A DNA stretch of 64,000 bases from an uncultured Candidatus Binatia bacterium (GTDB lineage: Bacteria > Desulfobacterota > Binatia > UBA9968 > JAJDTQ01), in the NCBI GenBank assembly GCA_964291295.2, contig OZ219754.1, forward strand, positions 640,001 to 704,000, in the 5' to 3' direction. This document shows, one piece after another, positions 1-10,208 of the stretch (position 1 is its first letter; each line of letters opens with the position of its first letter). The translations under genes and the position numbers were made by a program. Under the pieces are notes generated by a model. The model searched no databases. It had not been told where the DNA came from and saw only the letters and a list, made by a program, of their open reading frames with translations.

Positions 1-113
1 TCGGCGGCGGTCATGATATGGGCCGAGTCATGATTGAGTTGTACGTCCCCGTGGCTTTGCAACAGGCTCAACGCCTTGTCGGGGATGGGTTGCGTGACGA
101 ATATCCTCGGCAT
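1..113 (-). CDS. D-glycerate dehydrogenase/glyoxylate reductase family protein, N-terminus (runs off window edge)
   Basis: Manual minus-strand translation from ATG at 113: MPRIFVTQPIPDKALSLLQSHGDVQLNHDSAHIMT, typical GyaR/GhrB N-terminus; not in ORF track. Confidence 0.7.
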   Translation of the reverse strand, partial: MPRIFVTQPIPDKALSLLQSHGDVQLNHDSAHIMTAA

Positions 114-283
114 GCGCTCTGCTCCCGGCCGCAGCCATTCCGTATAAACCGGTTACCAGACTGCGGCGAAGGCTGCGAGGAGGAGTGCGCCGTGGCGCTC
201 GATGGACCCTTGGTGTGGAAGAGCATGCGTTCGCTGGAGAATCGTGAACTCGAAGGGGCTGGGTTCAAAAAGGAGACACCCGA

Positions 284-1165
284 ATGCATCGAGTTGGAAT
301 CGTGGGCTTGGGGCTCTTGGGGACAGCGGTGGCTTCCCGCCTTCTGAAAGGTGGCGTCGAGGTGGCAGGCTACGACATTCGTGCGGAGCAGGCCGACGCG
401 CTGGCCTCCGCCGGACTGCGGACCGCGGAGAGCACGGCCCATGTCTGTGACGGCGCGGACGCGGTATTCACCATCTTGCCGACACTCGACGGCGTAGAAG
501 AAGTCCTTTGCGGTCCGGGCGGGGTTCTGGACAGCGCTCCCAAGGGCGCAGTCGTCATCCAGATGAGCACCATCTCCCCCCAACGGGCGCGTCGCACGGG
601 GGAAGCCGCGGCGGCCCGGGGTTACGGCTTTCTCGATGCGCCCATCAGCGGGACCAGCACCATGGTGGCGTCCGGCGACTGCGTGGTGCTGGCAGGCGGC
701 GATTCGGTCCACCTGGAAACCTGCCGGCCGCTGTTCGCCGCCATCGCGCGCCGGACGGTCCACATGGGAGGGGTTGGCATGGCCTCCCTCGCGAAGCTCG
801 CCACCAACCTGCTGGTGGCTCTCAATACCGCGGCCATCGCCGAGGCCCTGCTGCTCGGCGCCAGAGGCGGACTCGACATGAGAACGCTGCTCGACGCATG
901 GGAAGGCACGGCCGCCGACTCACGCATGATGGAAGCCAGGGGACCCCTCATGGCCGAGGGCCGTTATCCTCCCCAGATGAAGCTCGACCTGTTCATGAAG
1001 GACTTGCACCTCATGCTGGACGAGGGTCGCCAACTCCATGTCCCCCTCCCGCTCACCGAAGCTGCGGAGCAGCTCTATGCCGCCGCTGCCGGCGCTGGCC
1101 GGGGTTCCGAGGACCTCGCGTCGGTGATGACCGCGTTGGAGGCGCTCGCCAGCCCGTCGTCCTGA
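284..1165 (+). CDS. NAD(P)-dependent 3-hydroxyisobutyrate dehydrogenase / 2-hydroxy-3-oxopropionate reductase family
   Basis: GIVGLGLLG Rossmann motif, FLDAPISG, catalytic K in AKLATN, FMKDL; AAGGAG RBS upstream. Confidence 0.9.
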   Translation: MHRVGIVGLGLLGTAVASRLLKGGVEVAGYDIRAEQADALASAGLRTAESTAHVCDGADAVFTILPTLDGVEEVLCGPGGVLDSAPKGAVVIQMSTISPQRARRTGEAAAARGYGFLDAPISGTSTMVASGDCVVLAGGDSVHLETCRPLFAAIARRTVHMGGVGMASLAKLATNLLVALNTAAIAEALLLGARGGLDMRTLLDAWEGTAADSRMMEARGPLMAEGRYPPQMKLDLFMKDLHLMLDEGRQLHVPLPLTEAAEQLYAAAAGAGRGSEDLASVMTALEALASPSS

Positions 1166-1246
1166 AACCTTGCGCCAACCGCCGTTGCAACCCGCAGTCG
1201 ACGTGTAGTAGTTTTCCTATACTGCATTCCTTCGGAACCTCTTCCC

Positions 1247-2230
1247 ATGCCACGCCACACCGTCGCCGTCACGGACCATCTGTTCCCGTCCATGGACGAC
1301 GAAGCCCGGATGTTTCGCGCGATGGACGCCGAACTGATCATCGGCCAGTGCAAGGACGAGAACGACGTCATCACCCTCTGCCGCCGGGCGGACGCCATCC
1401 TCAACACCTATGTGAGGATGACGTCCAGGGTCATCGAGAGCCTGGAACGTTGCAAGGTCATCGTCCGCTTCGGCATCGGTTATGACAACGTGGACGTGGA
1501 AACCGCCACTCGATGTGGGGTCATGGTGGCCAATACGACGGAGTACTGCATCGACGAGGTGGCGGACCAGGCCATGGCGATGCTGCTGGCCTGTGGCCGG
1601 GGGCTCTTCCCGGCGGGCCGCGTTGCCCGGGGCCGCACCTGGGATCTTTCGAGGATGCCGGCTCTGCGACGGCTTCGTGGCCAGGTCCTCGGGCTCGTGG
1701 GGATCGGACAGATCGGCAAGGCGGTGGCGGCCAGGGCCCATGGCTTCGGACTCAAGGTTCTGGCCAGCGACCCGCACGTGGACGAGGCCGCGGCACGGGC
1801 TCTGGGTATGGAGAAGGTGGACCTTGATGCACTGCTGGCAGCGTCGGACTACGTGTCCGTACACGTGCCGCTGGTGCCGGCCACGGAAGGCATGATGAAC
1901 GCCGACGTATTCGCGAGGATGAAGCCCACGGCCTTCCTCATCAACGTTGCCCGGGGCAGGATCGTGAACCAGGCCGACCTGGTGCGGGCCTTGCAGCACG
2001 GAGACATTGCCGGGGCCGGGCTGGATGTGTTGGAACAGGAACCGCCGGAGGCGGGCGACGTCGTCACCACCCTCGACAACGTCGTCCTCACGCCCCACTC
2101 CGCCTGGTACTCGGAAGAGGCACGGGTGGAAATGCGTCGGCGCGCCGTGGGACAGGTGGTCCGCGTGCTCAAGGGAGAGTTGCCCTGCTCGCTGATCAAC
2201 CGCGAGGTGGTTCCGTCAAACCGGCCGTAG
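1247..2230 (+). CDS. D-isomer-specific 2-hydroxyacid dehydrogenase (CtBP/SerA-like)
   Basis: GIGYDNVD, GLVGIGQIG, INVARG, GLDVLEQEP, LTPHSAWYS motifs. Confidence 0.92.
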   Translation: MPRHTVAVTDHLFPSMDDEARMFRAMDAELIIGQCKDENDVITLCRRADAILNTYVRMTSRVIESLERCKVIVRFGIGYDNVDVETATRCGVMVANTTEYCIDEVADQAMAMLLACGRGLFPAGRVARGRTWDLSRMPALRRLRGQVLGLVGIGQIGKAVAARAHGFGLKVLASDPHVDEAAARALGMEKVDLDALLAASDYVSVHVPLVPATEGMMNADVFARMKPTAFLINVARGRIVNQADLVRALQHGDIAGAGLDVLEQEPPEAGDVVTTLDNVVLTPHSAWYSEEARVEMRRRAVGQVVRVLKGELPCSLINREVVPSNRP

Positions 2231-2264
2231 AGCCCGCCGTTGCCGCATTCGAAAGGAGTCTTTC

Positions 2265-3515
2265 ATGGTCACCCGTTCCACATCGAGCTTCGGTCTGGTG
2301 GGAACCGATTGGCAGCAGCGCATCAACTGGAACCGTCTGCGCGAGTATCGCCTGAACCGGGCTCGGGACGCCATGAAGAGCGCCGGGCTCGGGGCCATGC
2401 TCCTGATGTATGACGAGAACGTCCGCTATGTGACCAGCACCGTGACACCCGGCTGGTGCCGCCTCAAGCCGGGCCTGCGCTATGCCCTGTTGTGCGACGG
2501 CGCGGAGCCGGTGCTCTTCGAGCAAGGCGACATCGGCACGCAGATCAACCGGCATTGCCCGTGGATCCCCAAGGACAACGTGCGCTACGCCTATTCGTGG
2601 ATCAAGGGTGCCGTGGGGGGAGCGGCGGAACAGCAAGTGACCAAGTTCACCCGTGCGATCCTGGACGAAATGAAGAAGTACGGCGTGGACAAGGCGCCGC
2701 TGGGCGTCGACTTCATCGACCTCAACATGATCAACGCCTTCAACGCCCACGGCATCCAGTGGATCGACGGCATGTCGCCCATGGTCTCGGCCCGCGCCAT
2801 CAAGAACATCGACGAGCTGGAGGCCATGCGCATCGTCGCGGCTATCTGCGACGCCTGCCATACCGCCATCTCCCACTTTCTCATCGCGGGAATGCAGGAA
2901 CATCAGATCACGGCGTTTGCCATGGAGTTTCTCTACAACATCCCCGGCATCGAGGACGTCGAGGACATCATCGTTTCGTCGGGACCCAACAGTTGGCCCA
3001 ACTGGCGGCACTTCTCCGACCGCATCATCCAGCCCGGCGACCTGGTCATCATCGACATGGCCGCGGTGACCTGGAACGGCTACAAGAGCTGCATGTACCG
3101 GACCTACTGTGTCGGCAAGAAGCCCACGGACGAGCAGAGGAAATATTACGACCTCGCCTTCGATTGGCTCTACAAGGCCATCGACAAGGTGCGGCCGGGC
3201 GCCACTACCAAAGACATCGCCGGGGTGTGGCCCTCGGCCAAGGACACCTGGGGCTACGAGGAAGAGGACCAGGCGGCCGCCAATCTGTGGGGGCATGGTC
3301 TCGGTCTGGCACAGTACGACACCCCGGTCGTGTCGCGCATCTACTCCCTGGACCACCCGGTGGTGATCGAGCCGGGCATGAGCTTCGCTCTGGAAACCCA
3401 GCACGGCAAGCCGCTCCAGTGGGGTGTCCGGCTGGAGGAGATGCTGGTGGTGACGGAGGAGGGGCCTCAGGTCACCACGCAGTTTCCCATCGAAGAGATT
3501 ACCGTCGTCGGTTGA
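2265..3515 (+). CDS. M24 (Xaa-Pro peptidase/creatinase fold) family protein
   Basis: Creatinase-like N-domain (ENVRYVT), ARAIKN..ELE, GHGLG, ALETQ, VRLEEM; AAGGAG RBS. Confidence 0.85.
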   Translation: MVTRSTSSFGLVGTDWQQRINWNRLREYRLNRARDAMKSAGLGAMLLMYDENVRYVTSTVTPGWCRLKPGLRYALLCDGAEPVLFEQGDIGTQINRHCPWIPKDNVRYAYSWIKGAVGGAAEQQVTKFTRAILDEMKKYGVDKAPLGVDFIDLNMINAFNAHGIQWIDGMSPMVSARAIKNIDELEAMRIVAAICDACHTAISHFLIAGMQEHQITAFAMEFLYNIPGIEDVEDIIVSSGPNSWPNWRHFSDRIIQPGDLVIIDMAAVTWNGYKSCMYRTYCVGKKPTDEQRKYYDLAFDWLYKAIDKVRPGATTKDIAGVWPSAKDTWGYEEEDQAAANLWGHGLGLAQYDTPVVSRIYSLDHPVVIEPGMSFALETQHGKPLQWGVRLEEMLVVTEEGPQVTTQFPIEEITVVG

Positions 3516-3770
3516 CGGTGTACGCGCACGCGTGCCTCTCTGTAATCGTCCCGCGCGGTTGCCTCCCGCAGCGGCGTTCGCGTCCTCGGAAACGGTCGTG
3601 TCGATGACGGCCTGCCCTTGCAAAATGGCGCCGTGCGCATTAAGAGTTGGCCCTTGAGTCAGGCCGCCCGCACGGGCGGGAGCGTCGACCGGGGCACTTG
3701 GTCACCCGTCGGTTACCCCTCGGTCCTCCTCTTGCCGGGGGCATTTTATTACTCGCAGAAGGAGCGCGAC

Positions 3771-4886
3771 ATGTTGACGAGAAAGGAAAGGGTCGACACC
3801 TTTGACGACTGGGTGGATGCCTTTCATCAGTGGCACGACGACATCGGTTACCCGACGGAACTCATCGGCGGGGACTACAGCTTCGAGACGAAGCTCGAGG
3901 ACGTGGAGAGCAACGAGATCGAGTTCGGCGAATATGCCGGGCGGCCCAAGTGGGAGAAGGTGACGGACATCCCCGACCAGCGGATTCAGGATGCGCTCGC
4001 CCATCTCATCGAATTCCAGGGGGACACCGAGTTCGCTTCCGTGGAGCAGCAGACCAATCTGATCGAGCGCGCCCCCACCGAGGTGGACCTGAAGAATCTG
4101 ATCCGCATCAACCGTGAAGAGATGCGCCACGGCTGGCAGATGGCGTACGTGCTGGTGACCCAGTTCGGCGATTCGGGCAAGCGCCAGTCCCGGAGGCTGC
4201 TGGAGCGGCGGGCCTCCGAGGGTACGCGGCTGCTGGATTCGTTCAACCAGCCCGTGCGCAACTGGCTGGACTTCTTCACCTACACGAGCTTCATCGACCG
4301 CGACGGCAAGTATCAGCTCAACATGCTCAGCCGCAGCGCCTTCGCACCGCTCGGCCGCAGCACCCTGCCCATGCTGAAGGAGGAGGCGTACCACCTGGCC
4401 CAGGGCAACATCGGTCTCATGCGCATCGTCAAGGCCGGCAAGATCCCCATGACCACCATCCAGAAGTACTTCAACAAGTGGATCTCCACCGCCTACGACC
4501 TGTTCGGCCAGGACGAATCCAGTTCCGCCCACTGGGCCTATGTCTGGGGCCTGAAAGGACGCTACGACGAGCACCTGTTCGACGAGCCGGCGGACATGGA
4601 GCGGCTGAACGAGTTGTCACGGGCGACCTTTTTCAAGGAGGTGCAGGCCCTGGTGGACGCCTTGAACCACAACATCCCCGGCGACCAGCCCCGCTTGACC
4701 ATTCCCAGCGACAAGTTCCGGCGTTACATCGGCAACCACGCCGGCAAACCCTACAGCGTCACCGGCGAACTGCTCGCCGAAGAGGACTACGAGAGGCACC
4801 TGGCGGAGGTGCTGCCCTGGGAGGCCGACGACGCATACGTCATCGGCCTGGAAAAGGAGGGGGGCTGGATCCTCGATCCGAGGTGA
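3771..4886 (+). CDS. BoxB/PaaA-like ferritin-fold di-iron aryl-CoA epoxidase subunit
   Basis: QGDTEFASVEQ, EEMRH, DRDGKYQL, EEAYH di-iron motifs as in BoxB; start placed at ATG 3771 after AAGGAG. Confidence 0.78.
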   Translation: MLTRKERVDTFDDWVDAFHQWHDDIGYPTELIGGDYSFETKLEDVESNEIEFGEYAGRPKWEKVTDIPDQRIQDALAHLIEFQGDTEFASVEQQTNLIERAPTEVDLKNLIRINREEMRHGWQMAYVLVTQFGDSGKRQSRRLLERRASEGTRLLDSFNQPVRNWLDFFTYTSFIDRDGKYQLNMLSRSAFAPLGRSTLPMLKEEAYHLAQGNIGLMRIVKAGKIPMTTIQKYFNKWISTAYDLFGQDESSSAHWAYVWGLKGRYDEHLFDEPADMERLNELSRATFFKEVQALVDALNHNIPGDQPRLTIPSDKFRRYIGNHAGKPYSVTGELLAEEDYERHLAEVLPWEADDAYVIGLEKEGGWILDPR

Positions 4887-4908
4887 TGCGCGAAACGTTG
4901 GCGCGGGC

Positions 4909-6171
4909 TCACGGCGCCACATCAAGCCCGTAGGCCCGCGCCATCACCATGATGGGGTGCACCGGTTTTCTGCCGGTGCCCTGCTCCACCTGCACCGCCG
5001 ACAGCGGACAGTCCGTCACCGTACAGGCGTCCTCGGGCCGCATGAACTTGAACAGCGGCCGCCCCACCTGCATCGACGCCTCGAAGTTCTCCTTCTTGAC
5101 ACTCCAGGTTCCGTCGTGCCCGCTGCAGCACTGCATGCGGGAGACCTCGGCGTCGGGGATGAGCTGCATCAGCTCCTGGGCCTTGAAGCCGATGTCCTGC
5201 GCCTTGAGATGACACGGCTGATGATAGCGGATCTTGCCGGCCGTCCGTGAAAAGTTCACGTCCAGCCTGCCGGCCTCGTGGAGCTTCATCAGGTACTCCG
5301 ACAGGTCGAGGGTGTTCTCCGCCACCAGCCGGGTGTCGTCGGTGGGCAGCATGCGCGGATAGTCCTGCTTGAGCATGTAACTGCAACTCGCCGTGGGCAC
5401 CACGATCCGGTAGCCCTGGCGGACGACATCACTCAGGCTCCTGACATTGGCCTCGATCTTCTTCACCGCCTCGTCCAGAAGCCCCACGTCGATGAACGGC
5501 ATGCCGCAGCACTGCTGCTCGGGAACGGCGCAATCGACACCGTTCTTTTCCAGGACACCCACCGCTGCCTTGCCGATGTCGGGTTCGTTGTAGTTGACGG
5601 TGCAGGTGTAGAACAGGGCCACCTTCTCCTCACCCTTGCCCCTGGCGGCTGCCGGGCGCTTGCGGTGCCACTTGGCGAAGGTCTGCGCATGATAGGTGGG
5701 CAGCAACCGGTCGCGATGCACACCCAGGTACTTCTCCATCAGGCGGCGCACAAGGGGAGTCCGGTTGGCCCAGTTGACCAGGGGCGCTACCCGGCTCGCC
5801 CACCTTCCGGCCCGGTCCGTGTCTCCCATCAGCCTGTCGGCAAAACCGACCCCCTCGTTCCTGGCCTCGACGAGGGTGGCGCGCATCATGGTCCTGGGAA
5901 AATCGATGTCCCATTCGTGGGGCGGCACATACGGACAGATGGGGTCACAGAGCTTGCACTGATAGCACTGGTCCACCACCCGCTTCATCTGCTCGTCCTT
6001 GAGGGAAGTCGCGTCGCCGAAGTTCTCGTCCATCATCTGGAACAGGCTCACGAAGGACGGACAGAGCGTGTGGCACAGCGTGCAGCCGTAGCAGACGTCG
6101 AACACCCGCTCCAGTTCCGTGCGCAGGGCTCCCTTGTCCCAGAACGCCGGTGTCTTGGGCTCAAAGCTCAT
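4909..6171 (-). CDS. Fe-S oxidoreductase (GlpC/HdrD-like; two 4Fe-4S motifs plus two CCG domains)
   Basis: CYGCTLCHTLCP and CYQCKLCDPICP, QQCCGMP, QPCH, CCSGHDG; GAGGAGG RBS. Confidence 0.88.
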   Translation of the reverse strand: MSFEPKTPAFWDKGALRTELERVFDVCYGCTLCHTLCPSFVSLFQMMDENFGDATSLKDEQMKRVVDQCYQCKLCDPICPYVPPHEWDIDFPRTMMRATLVEARNEGVGFADRLMGDTDRAGRWASRVAPLVNWANRTPLVRRLMEKYLGVHRDRLLPTYHAQTFAKWHRKRPAAARGKGEEKVALFYTCTVNYNEPDIGKAAVGVLEKNGVDCAVPEQQCCGMPFIDVGLLDEAVKKIEANVRSLSDVVRQGYRIVVPTASCSYMLKQDYPRMLPTDDTRLVAENTLDLSEYLMKLHEAGRLDVNFSRTAGKIRYHQPCHLKAQDIGFKAQELMQLIPDAEVSRMQCCSGHDGTWSVKKENFEASMQVGRPLFKFMRPEDACTVTDCPLSAVQVEQGTGRKPVHPIMVMARAYGLDVAP

Positions 6172-6299
6172 GGGTGTGATTTCCTCCTCGGCGTTGGTGT
6201 CCCGGTGGTGCGAGACGTGATCTTAGGGTTTTCGTCCGCGAAAAGTAAGGGGCCAAGAGCAAGAGGCCTCCAGGAGAACGGCACGAGGTGAGCACCCCT

Positions 6300-7442
6300 C
6301 TATGCGGGGCGGGAATCGAGTTGCTGCTTGAGGATGCGGAAGATCAGCCCGTAGAAGCGGCAACAGGACGGCAGGGTCGTGGTCACGAATTCGCGGACCG
6401 AGCGCACGGAAAGGCTTGCATCGACGTGGCTGACCACTTTCAGGATGGCCACGTGGCCCCGGCTCGAGTCCGGCAGCGCGTGCGCCAGCCGCAGGCTCTC
6501 GGTGGAGGGGATCAGGGGGTCCGTGTCGCCGTGGCCGATGAGCAGCCGCGCCCGGACGCGCGGGACGATGGTGCGCAGCGAAAGCCCTTCCAGATAGGTC
6601 CGCACGTTGGACTCGGTGGCGTCCATCAGGCTCTGGACCCGCTCCGGGTCCCGGTTGCGAATCAGGTCGTACACGGCGTGTCCACCTTTCAGGAGAGGGT
6701 CCGGCGAGAACGCCGGCGCCTCTCCTTCCCCGGTGCCCCCCTGGGCCTCCCGTTCGATGGCATCCACCACGGCGGCGAGCAGCCGCCGGTCTTCCTCTCC
6801 CGTCACGTGGAGCAGGAGGTTCTTGATGAAGACGTAGCGGGCATAGGCCTCCGGCGGCTGCACATGCCGGTGCCCTCGATACTCATCCTGGCCGGTGGTC
6901 AGGTAGCGGACCACGTTGACGGTGTCGTAGTAGCCGCCGAAGGAGACCACGAACTTCACCCGTTCCCGGATGGACGGGTCGGCCGCGGCCTTGAGGATCG
7001 GTCCCACAGCAAAGCTGATCCCGAACAGACCCGCGCGGGTCTCGTCCACCTCCGCCATCGAGAGCAGGAAGCGAAAGGCCTTCACGATGGCATCGGACTC
7101 CCCCATCTCCAGACGCAGGGATTTGAGAGCATCGAAATCGGGCACCAGGACGGCGAATCCGCATGCGGCCAGTTCGGTTGCAAGCGCCACCAGACGCGGG
7201 TCGTCCTTGCCGGTTTCGAGCACGCCGTGGGTGATGAGCATGCTGGCGCGCGGCCCGCCGTCCGGCATGGCGTAGAGGTCGGCGGCCATCTGACGGTCGC
7301 CGACCGGGATGGTGAGGGTACGCACGGCCGGCCCGCGCCGGAGCCAACGCCGCATAAGCGTCCTGAAACCCTCGCCGGCCAACAGATGGAGCAACAGCGC
7401 CAAGCTCAAGACCGCGATCCGGACGTAAGAAAGGATGAACAA
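6300..7442 (-). CDS. Alpha/beta hydrolase-fold protein with hydrophobic N-terminus (start uncertain: TTG 7442 or ATG 7355)
   Basis: LITHG, GISFAVG nucleophile-elbow-like, GHGDTDPLIP, terminal H; track start 7949 overlaps the next gene. Confidence 0.7.
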   Translation of the reverse strand: MFILSYVRIAVLSLALLLHLLAGEGFRTLMRRWLRRGPAVRTLTIPVGDRQMAADLYAMPDGGPRASMLITHGVLETGKDDPRLVALATELAACGFAVLVPDFDALKSLRLEMGESDAIVKAFRFLLSMAEVDETRAGLFGISFAVGPILKAAADPSIRERVKFVVSFGGYYDTVNVVRYLTTGQDEYRGHRHVQPPEAYARYVFIKNLLLHVTGEEDRRLLAAVVDAIEREAQGGTGEGEAPAFSPDPLLKGGHAVYDLIRNRDPERVQSLMDATESNVRTYLEGLSLRTIVPRVRARLLIGHGDTDPLIPSTESLRLAHALPDSSRGHVAILKVVSHVDASLSVRSVREFVTTTLPSCCRFYGLIFRILKQQLDSRPA

Positions 7443-7578
7443 GGGAAAGGATGAACAAGGGCGGGCTCCCGCCGGTGTGGACGATGGCGGCGGCGAGCCC
7501 CTGAACCCGGTGAACTCCCGCAGCCGGCGCCGCGGGAAGCCTTGCCGATCTTCCCGCCGGCCTGCCCGGGAAGTACCG

Positions 7579-8691
7579 CTAAGGATGCGCGGCGGCGCCC
7601 TCCGGAGAAAGGTTGATGTGGTGGTGCGACTTGGACACCGGGCCGATGCCCCTGGCGAGGGTGGTCCAGTGCTCACCTTCGTCCTCGCTGTAGAAGACAT
7701 CGCCGTCGGTGGTGCCGGCGAAGATGGCATAGCCGCCGTTCCACGCGTCCATGCACATGCCCTCGATGTTGGCACGGATGTGCTCGGGCAGGCCCTCGCC
7801 CAGGATGTCCCAGGTCTCGCCGCCGTCACGGCTGCGCGCCACCCGCGCGTCCGCGGTGTGGAGCTTGCGCCAGGTTCCCGGACCGGTCCTGGCACCGGCC
7901 ACGAACAGCAGCCTGGGGTCCTGCGGGTGGACGAAGAACGGGTCGACATAGCCGATGCGGAAGTCCCGCGGCGTCATGCTCTTCCAGGTGGCGCCGCCGT
8001 CGCCGCTCACACAGAAACCCGCCGTGACCTCCGGTCCGCAGTTGGTGGTGGGCGCCGTGCCGTAGAGCTTGTCCGGGTCGTTGGCGGGGATGAACACCCG
8101 GTGCGCGTCCGGGTTGATGTTCGGGACGGTGGTCCAGGTCCGGCCGCCGTCGGTGGTGCGCAGGAAGCCGCCCACCTCCACCGCCACGTGAATGATGTCG
8201 GGATCGGCGGGATGGAAGGTGATGCTCTTGGCGTGGGCCTGATGCGGCGCCGCCGGGAAGGTCCACTTCTCGACCCCGGGCACCTGGCGCAGCCCCGGCA
8301 GTTCGGTCCAGCGCCTGCCGAGATCATCGGTGTAGTAGAGATGCGCGGGCTGCGTGCCGGCGTAGACCCTGGGTTTGCCGTCCACCCGCTGGGTGGCCAG
8401 CGCGTAGACCTCCTTGTCGCCGATGCCGTGGTCCCGCTTTTCCCAGGTGCGGCCGTGATCCTCGCTGACGTGGACCTCGCGGTCGTAGGTGCCGGCGAAG
8501 AGCGTGCCGGTGGCCGGCTCGAACACCACCGCACTGACATGCTTCCCGGGCAGGTGCACGCCGTCCTGCCGCCACGAACCGTTGGCCCGGCGGAACGAGA
8601 ACACCCCGTCGACGGTACCGACCAACAGCCGGTCGCAGGCGGTTTCGCCCTGGGTCAACAACTGGCCGCCAGGGGATAGACAGACGTACAT
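7579..8691 (-). CDS. BNR/Asp-box beta-propeller protein (glycosyl hydrolase/sialidase-like fold)
   Basis: Repeated S/TxDxGxTW Asp boxes (SEDHGRTW, TDDLGRRW, TTDGGRTW, SGDGGATW, SRDGGETW, SEDEGEHW); AAGGAGG RBS. Confidence 0.85.
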   Translation of the reverse strand: MYVCLSPGGQLLTQGETACDRLLVGTVDGVFSFRRANGSWRQDGVHLPGKHVSAVVFEPATGTLFAGTYDREVHVSEDHGRTWEKRDHGIGDKEVYALATQRVDGKPRVYAGTQPAHLYYTDDLGRRWTELPGLRQVPGVEKWTFPAAPHQAHAKSITFHPADPDIIHVAVEVGGFLRTTDGGRTWTTVPNINPDAHRVFIPANDPDKLYGTAPTTNCGPEVTAGFCVSGDGGATWKSMTPRDFRIGYVDPFFVHPQDPRLLFVAGARTGPGTWRKLHTADARVARSRDGGETWDILGEGLPEHIRANIEGMCMDAWNGGYAIFAGTTDGDVFYSEDEGEHWTTLARGIGPVSKSHHHINLSPEGAAAHP

Positions 8692-8887
8692 GGGCAAGTC
8701 CTCCTTCGTGCTGAATCGGCTTCCACTCTACTGAAGCTGCCGCCAGCACGTCAAGGTACACGGCGCGGGCGGGGTTGAATTTCCCGCCGCCTTCCATTAG
8801 CTCTTTCAGCGAACAGGGACGCCGGACGACGCCGCTGCGCCGCTCCGGAGTCGATTCCGACAAACATCCTGAAGGGGGGAATCATTC

Positions 8888-9643
8888 ATGTACGAGACCG
8901 ACCAATACGAGGGCATGCTGGCCGAGACCATCACCATCCAGGGACACAACGGCGATACCATCAACGCCTACTATGCGCGGCCGCTGGGCAAGGGTCCGTT
9001 CCCGGGGGTGGTGGCGATCCACCATATGCCCGGCTGGGACGAGTGGTATCGGGAAGCCACCCGCAAGCTGGCGCACCACGGCTTCGCCACCATCTCGCCC
9101 AATCTCTACTTTCGCGCCGGCCACGGCACGCCGGAGGACGTGGCCGCCAAGGTTCGAGCCGACGGCGGCGTGGCCGACGACCAGGTGGTGGGCGACCTGG
9201 CGGGCGCCATGAACCATCTGCGCTCCCTGCCCTACCACAATGGCAAGGTGGGGATCTGGGGCACCTGCTCGGGCGGGCGCCACGCCTTTCTGACCGCCTG
9301 CCGCGCCCCGGGATTCGACGCGGTGGTGGAATGCTGGGGAGGGCGCGTGGTGGCGAGCGGGGACGCCCTGACCGAGAAGCAGCCCGTGGCCCCCATCGAC
9401 TATACCGCGGACCTGCCGTGCCCGATGCTGGGTATCTTCGGCAACGACGACAAGAGCCCGACGCCGGAACAGGTGGACCAGCACGAGGCCGAACTCAAGA
9501 AGCACGGCAAGAACTATGAGTTCCATCGCTACGACGGCGCCGGCCACGGCTTCTTCTACCACGACCGCCCCGCCTACCGGCAGGAGCAGGCGGTGGACGG
9601 CTGGAAGAAGCTCCTGGATTTTTTCGGCAGGCAGCTCGGGTAG
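8888..9643 (+). CDS. Dienelactone hydrolase family protein
   Basis: GTCSGG nucleophile Cys, GNDD, YDGAGHGF. Confidence 0.9.
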   Translation: MYETDQYEGMLAETITIQGHNGDTINAYYARPLGKGPFPGVVAIHHMPGWDEWYREATRKLAHHGFATISPNLYFRAGHGTPEDVAAKVRADGGVADDQVVGDLAGAMNHLRSLPYHNGKVGIWGTCSGGRHAFLTACRAPGFDAVVECWGGRVVASGDALTEKQPVAPIDYTADLPCPMLGIFGNDDKSPTPEQVDQHEAELKKHGKNYEFHRYDGAGHGFFYHDRPAYRQEQAVDGWKKLLDFFGRQLG

Positions 9644-9774
9644 CCGCCGGCCGGGAAGCCCGGAGGCATCCCGGATGTATCCCGGATGTGTAGAGACACG
9701 GTCGAGACACGACCGCGGACACTCAGGGACACCTCCGGGCGCGTCCTCATCGGAGAACACGAAAGGAAACGACC

Positions 9775-10095
9775 ATGTGCACGATGATCGCCAGAAAGGT
9801 CGTGATGGAGGGCAGCGGCAAGACCTCGGAGGACTGGTTCAAGGTGGACCAGGCCAACGTCGCCTATGACCACCCCTACCACGTCTTCCGCGAGCATTCC
9901 CTCAACATCGACTTCGTCAACGAAGCCGAGGGGCCCGGCGCTCGCGTGGCAGTGGAACTGAGCGTCGATTCGGCCCGGAAGCTGGTGGACACCATCCTCA
10001 ATGTGCTGAACGAGGCGGAACAGGGAGGCTGGATCGACGAGAACGAAGGCCCCGAGATCCACATGCCCGCGGTCAAGAGTTCGGGAACGCTTTAG
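9775..10095 (+). CDS. Small conserved protein (DUF6295-like)
   Basis: MCTMI...GSGK...WF...YDHP.H...EH.LNIDF...RVAVELS pattern recalled for this family; AAGGA RBS. Confidence 0.7.
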   Translation: MCTMIARKVVMEGSGKTSEDWFKVDQANVAYDHPYHVFREHSLNIDFVNEAEGPGARVAVELSVDSARKLVDTILNVLNEAEQGGWIDENEGPEIHMPAVKSSGTL

Positions 10096-10136
10096 TTCGG
10101 GAACACGGTAGCCCGGTTCAGCGCGCGAACGCTTCG

Positions 10137-10182
10137 TCCGGGGGGTCGGCCTCCAGGCCCCGCAGGAGGCCGACCCCCCGGA
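10137..10182. terminator. Perfect 18-bp hairpin between convergent genes
   Basis: tccggggggtcggcctcc (10137-10154) is the exact reverse complement of 10165-10182; 10-nt loop; no U tail. Confidence 0.6.
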
Positions 10183-10208
10183 GCCTGCCCCCATCCCCCA
10201 CCGCGCCG

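Noticed and set aside
7420-7461. 15-bp duplication aaaggatgaacaagg x2 (and 12-bp atggaaccgga x2 at the selA start)
   Set aside because: Simple local slippage duplications; they only blur start-codon choice
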